From NCBI GenBank assembly GCA_050173015.1, contig JBFXLE010000005.1, positions 64,001 to 128,000 of the forward strand: a stretch of DNA of 64,000 nucleotides. Reading direction: 5' to 3'. The DNA comes from Calditrichaceae bacterium. GTDB lineage: Bacteria; Calditrichota; Calditrichia; Calditrichales; JBFXGD01. A program made the translations under genes and the position numbers. Below, piece after piece: positions 61,850-64,000 of the stretch. Numbering within the stretch: position 1 is the stretch's first letter; each line of letters begins with the position of its first letter. The notes beneath the pieces were generated by a model. That model did not search any database. It saw nothing but the letters and a program-made list of their open reading frames with translations, and was not told where the DNA came from.

Positions 61850-63024
61850 ATCGCGCTTTGAATAGCCGGGTCATGAATAGACTCAAAGCTCAGATACTTT
61901 TCATACACCGGCTTGGTTAGGTTCATTTCCGGAAAACGATGATATAAACTCTCCGCGAACATGAAATCGAGATGATTGGTACTGGCCGGTGTGAAGTCCA
62001 TTACTTTTTTCCAGATTTCTTTATCTTCCATGCAAAAATAAACGAATACCTCCGGAGAGTAATTTCTAATTCGGCTATAAATTGATCTGAACATTTGGAG
62101 ACGAATCGGTTTAAAATAACGTGTCTTCTGGTCTTTGCCCGTTATCTGTTCACCTCGGATGATTGATGTTCCCGGGAACCGGTCTCTGATTGTCTCTTTG
62201 AGCGACGGAGGAAATCGCAATCCTCCTATGCTGATCCAGGCGATATTGGCTGGATTTATGGAATTGAAAAGCTGCTCAATAACATTCCCATAACCTGATT
62301 CCCACTCTTCATAAAAAATAACCGGATCAAAATGAAATCCCAGCTTGAAGCCCATTTTCTCCGCCAAAGCAGCCGATTCAAATCTTTCTTCAAGGCTGGC
62401 GGTTTTAAATTCTATATCCTTTATAACCTGATCAGGGTTTAATGACCATGATAGTACTAAGTTATTCGTTTTATTCCGGAAAGATTCCAAATGACGCACA
62501 TGATTTGTTTTTGATTTAAGTTCAAAAAAAATATTAGGTTTGGTGCTGAAATACGGAATCAGCAAAGAAGAAATTCCCGTATATTCCTCCAGAGCAAGGC
62601 TGTCGGCCAGTTCACCGGTTCCAATTCGAATAATACGTTCGGGAAACTTAGCCGTAAAGACATCGAATTCCTCTAATATCTTATGATAATTCGCATAAAC
62701 GGTAAGAACAGAGCTGCTCATGTAGCTCTGTAGAATACAGTAGGCGCAATCAAGTGGACATCCGGTTGTTTCATTGATAACCTGGTAATTGCAGCAAATA
62801 TAATCATGAGAAGTCCCGGGGCAGGGCTTACAAAAATTGCCTTTATAGGTTGTTATGTAAAGCAGTCGCTTGCCCTCGGTAATGGAAGATGATTCAAGTT
62901 GCTCCGGCGGCGCGTCAGAAATAGTAACAGGTGTATCCGGAAGCTTTGAGATAATATTCTTCGCAAAGGCGCTATCGAGAACGTCGCGATTAATATATAT
63001 GTGTGAGATTAATACCGGTCTCAT
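61846..63024 (-). CDS. Spore photoproduct lyase-like radical SAM protein
   Basis: CPLDCAYC cluster motif, CPGT...CCNY, RIGTGE..DSL, ELKSK, WSLNP, HFDP, YFCME. Confidence 0.82.
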   Translation of the reverse strand: MRPVLISHIYINRDVLDSAFAKNIISKLPDTPVTISDAPPEQLESSSITEGKRLLYITTYKGNFCKPCPGTSHDYICCNYQVINETTGCPLDCAYCILQSYMSSSVLTVYANYHKILEEFDVFTAKFPERIIRIGTGELADSLALEEYTGISSLLIPYFSTKPNIFFELKSKTNHVRHLESFRNKTNNLVLSWSLNPDQVIKDIEFKTASLEERFESAALAEKMGFKLGFHFDPVIFYEEWESGYGNVIEQLFNSINPANIAWISIGGLRFPPSLKETIRDRFPGTSIIRGEQITGKDQKTRYFKPIRLQMFRSIYSRIRNYSPEVFVYFCMEDKEIWKKVMDFTPASTNHLDFMFAESLYHRFPEMNLTKPVYEKYLSFESIHDPAIQSAI

Positions 63025-63983
63025 AAGATATCGAGAAGCTCCTTCATTAACTTATGATTTTTATCTGTGTCAAGCTGGCTGAGAGATGTTCTAAAATCAT
63101 TCACATGTTTAATATTTATAATTAGTTGCACTCCCTCGGATTCAAAGGATTTATCAAATTTAATTTGAGCGCCGGACGGCAAATCTATTTCTTTGATTTT
63201 TTGTAGTGTCTTATCCCTGTGCTGAGATATAGTCGGATAGCGCAAGGAATAGAGGGCGTTTTTCAGGTGTTGGGTTTTTTGGCTTTTTGTTAAACGGTCA
63301 TTTGATAAAACCACCCGGACGGATTCATGGTTAAGAATCTTTTTGATGCCGGTGTTTTTATTCAGAGCGGACTCAAAAACCAGCTCGCTGATATTGATCA
63401 ATTCAACAAGACGTACAGATAACTGAAATCCAATATCAAAAATAGGAGATAATTCAGTTTCGGATTTATCCAAAAGCGGGCGCAGTTGTCTGTATGTCGC
63501 GTTATATTTGTTTATATACCTTAAAAAAGGTTCGGGCCAGAGCAGTATGCGATTGATTTTAGCCATTTGTGATTTGTCATGCGGAAGATTTAGTCGTTTC
63601 CGCCATGTGTCGAGTTCTGGCGGCGGAACAGAATTTTTAACCAAAAAATGATAAAGAGCGATTTTTTGATATATGTTTGGTTCTGAATCATAGATCAGCG
63701 AAAAAAGTCTGATTTTTGCGATATCGGAAGGATCTAGAGAAGAATCCAAAATAGTAACGGGAACAGACTTAAGAGAGAGCTCAGCGGCGATATCCAGTCT
63801 TTTGTAACCGTCGACAACATAAATTCTGCCCTTATTGTAAAAACAAATTAAAGGACTTAGTATTCCGAATTGTTCTATCGAAGAACGAAGATGGACTGAT
63901 TCCGGTGTTAGGTTAATATTAAAATCGGCCTCAATATAAATTTCATCCGGATTCAAATTTTTTGTTATATTTAAGTCTTTCAT
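63021..63983 (-). CDS. ParB N-terminal (ParB/Srx) domain protein, non-canonical
   Basis: L.SSI.QFGIL.PL...VVDGYKRL; C-terminal RYP...LP....FE segment unlike chromosomal ParB; overlaps the radical SAM gene by 4 bp. Confidence 0.72.
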   Translation of the reverse strand: MKDLNITKNLNPDEIYIEADFNINLTPESVHLRSSIEQFGILSPLICFYNKGRIYVVDGYKRLDIAAELSLKSVPVTILDSSLDPSDIAKIRLFSLIYDSEPNIYQKIALYHFLVKNSVPPPELDTWRKRLNLPHDKSQMAKINRILLWPEPFLRYINKYNATYRQLRPLLDKSETELSPIFDIGFQLSVRLVELINISELVFESALNKNTGIKKILNHESVRVVLSNDRLTKSQKTQHLKNALYSLRYPTISQHRDKTLQKIKEIDLPSGAQIKFDKSFESEGVQLIINIKHVNDFRTSLSQLDTDKNHKLMKELLDIL

Positions 63984-64000
63984 TTGCTCTACATTCTGAA

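Noticed and set aside
63021-63983. Calling this gene the chromosomal parB serving the nearby parS sites
   Set aside because: Lacks the GERRxRA and ENLQR motifs and a clear HTH, and is coupled to a radical SAM gene

Overview
Core chromosomal segment of a Gram-negative bacterium. The gene content (lpxH, RRM proteins, eukaryote-type citrate synthase, FCB-type orphan histidine kinase, hrcA and rex) suggests an FCB-related lineage such as Calditrichota; this is inference. The window very probably spans the replication origin. A 522-bp AT-rich interval between dnaN and rpmH carries DnaA boxes and DnaA-trios, two parS sites flank mnmG, and most genes point away from the interval. dnaA itself is absent from its canonical slot. 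Left arm: a FadR(TetR)-fadI-fadJ-acyl-CoA dehydrogenase-etfBA beta-oxidation operon with a FadR box, a diaminopimelate operon, hrcA-grpE-dnaJ, two tandem RRM genes (one with a structured leader), ftsEX, hflX, and gltA/pta/coaD/rsmD. Directly upstream of rsmD-coaD are three 'hypothetical' genes that read as a divergent type IV filament module: a giant pilin-like protein, a PilM-like protein and an apparent PilN-PilO fusion. These are followed by an ECF/zinc anti-sigma pair, mtnA and dnaN-recF-dciA-gyrB-gyrA-rex. Right arm: rpmH-rnpA-yidD-yidC-mnmE-mnmG-rsmG-murQ, then a convergent pair of a ParB-domain protein and a spore-photoproduct-lyase-like radical SAM enzyme. No rRNA, tRNA, CRISPR array or mobile element was recognised. 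All calls come from motif recognition by eye; no database searches were run.
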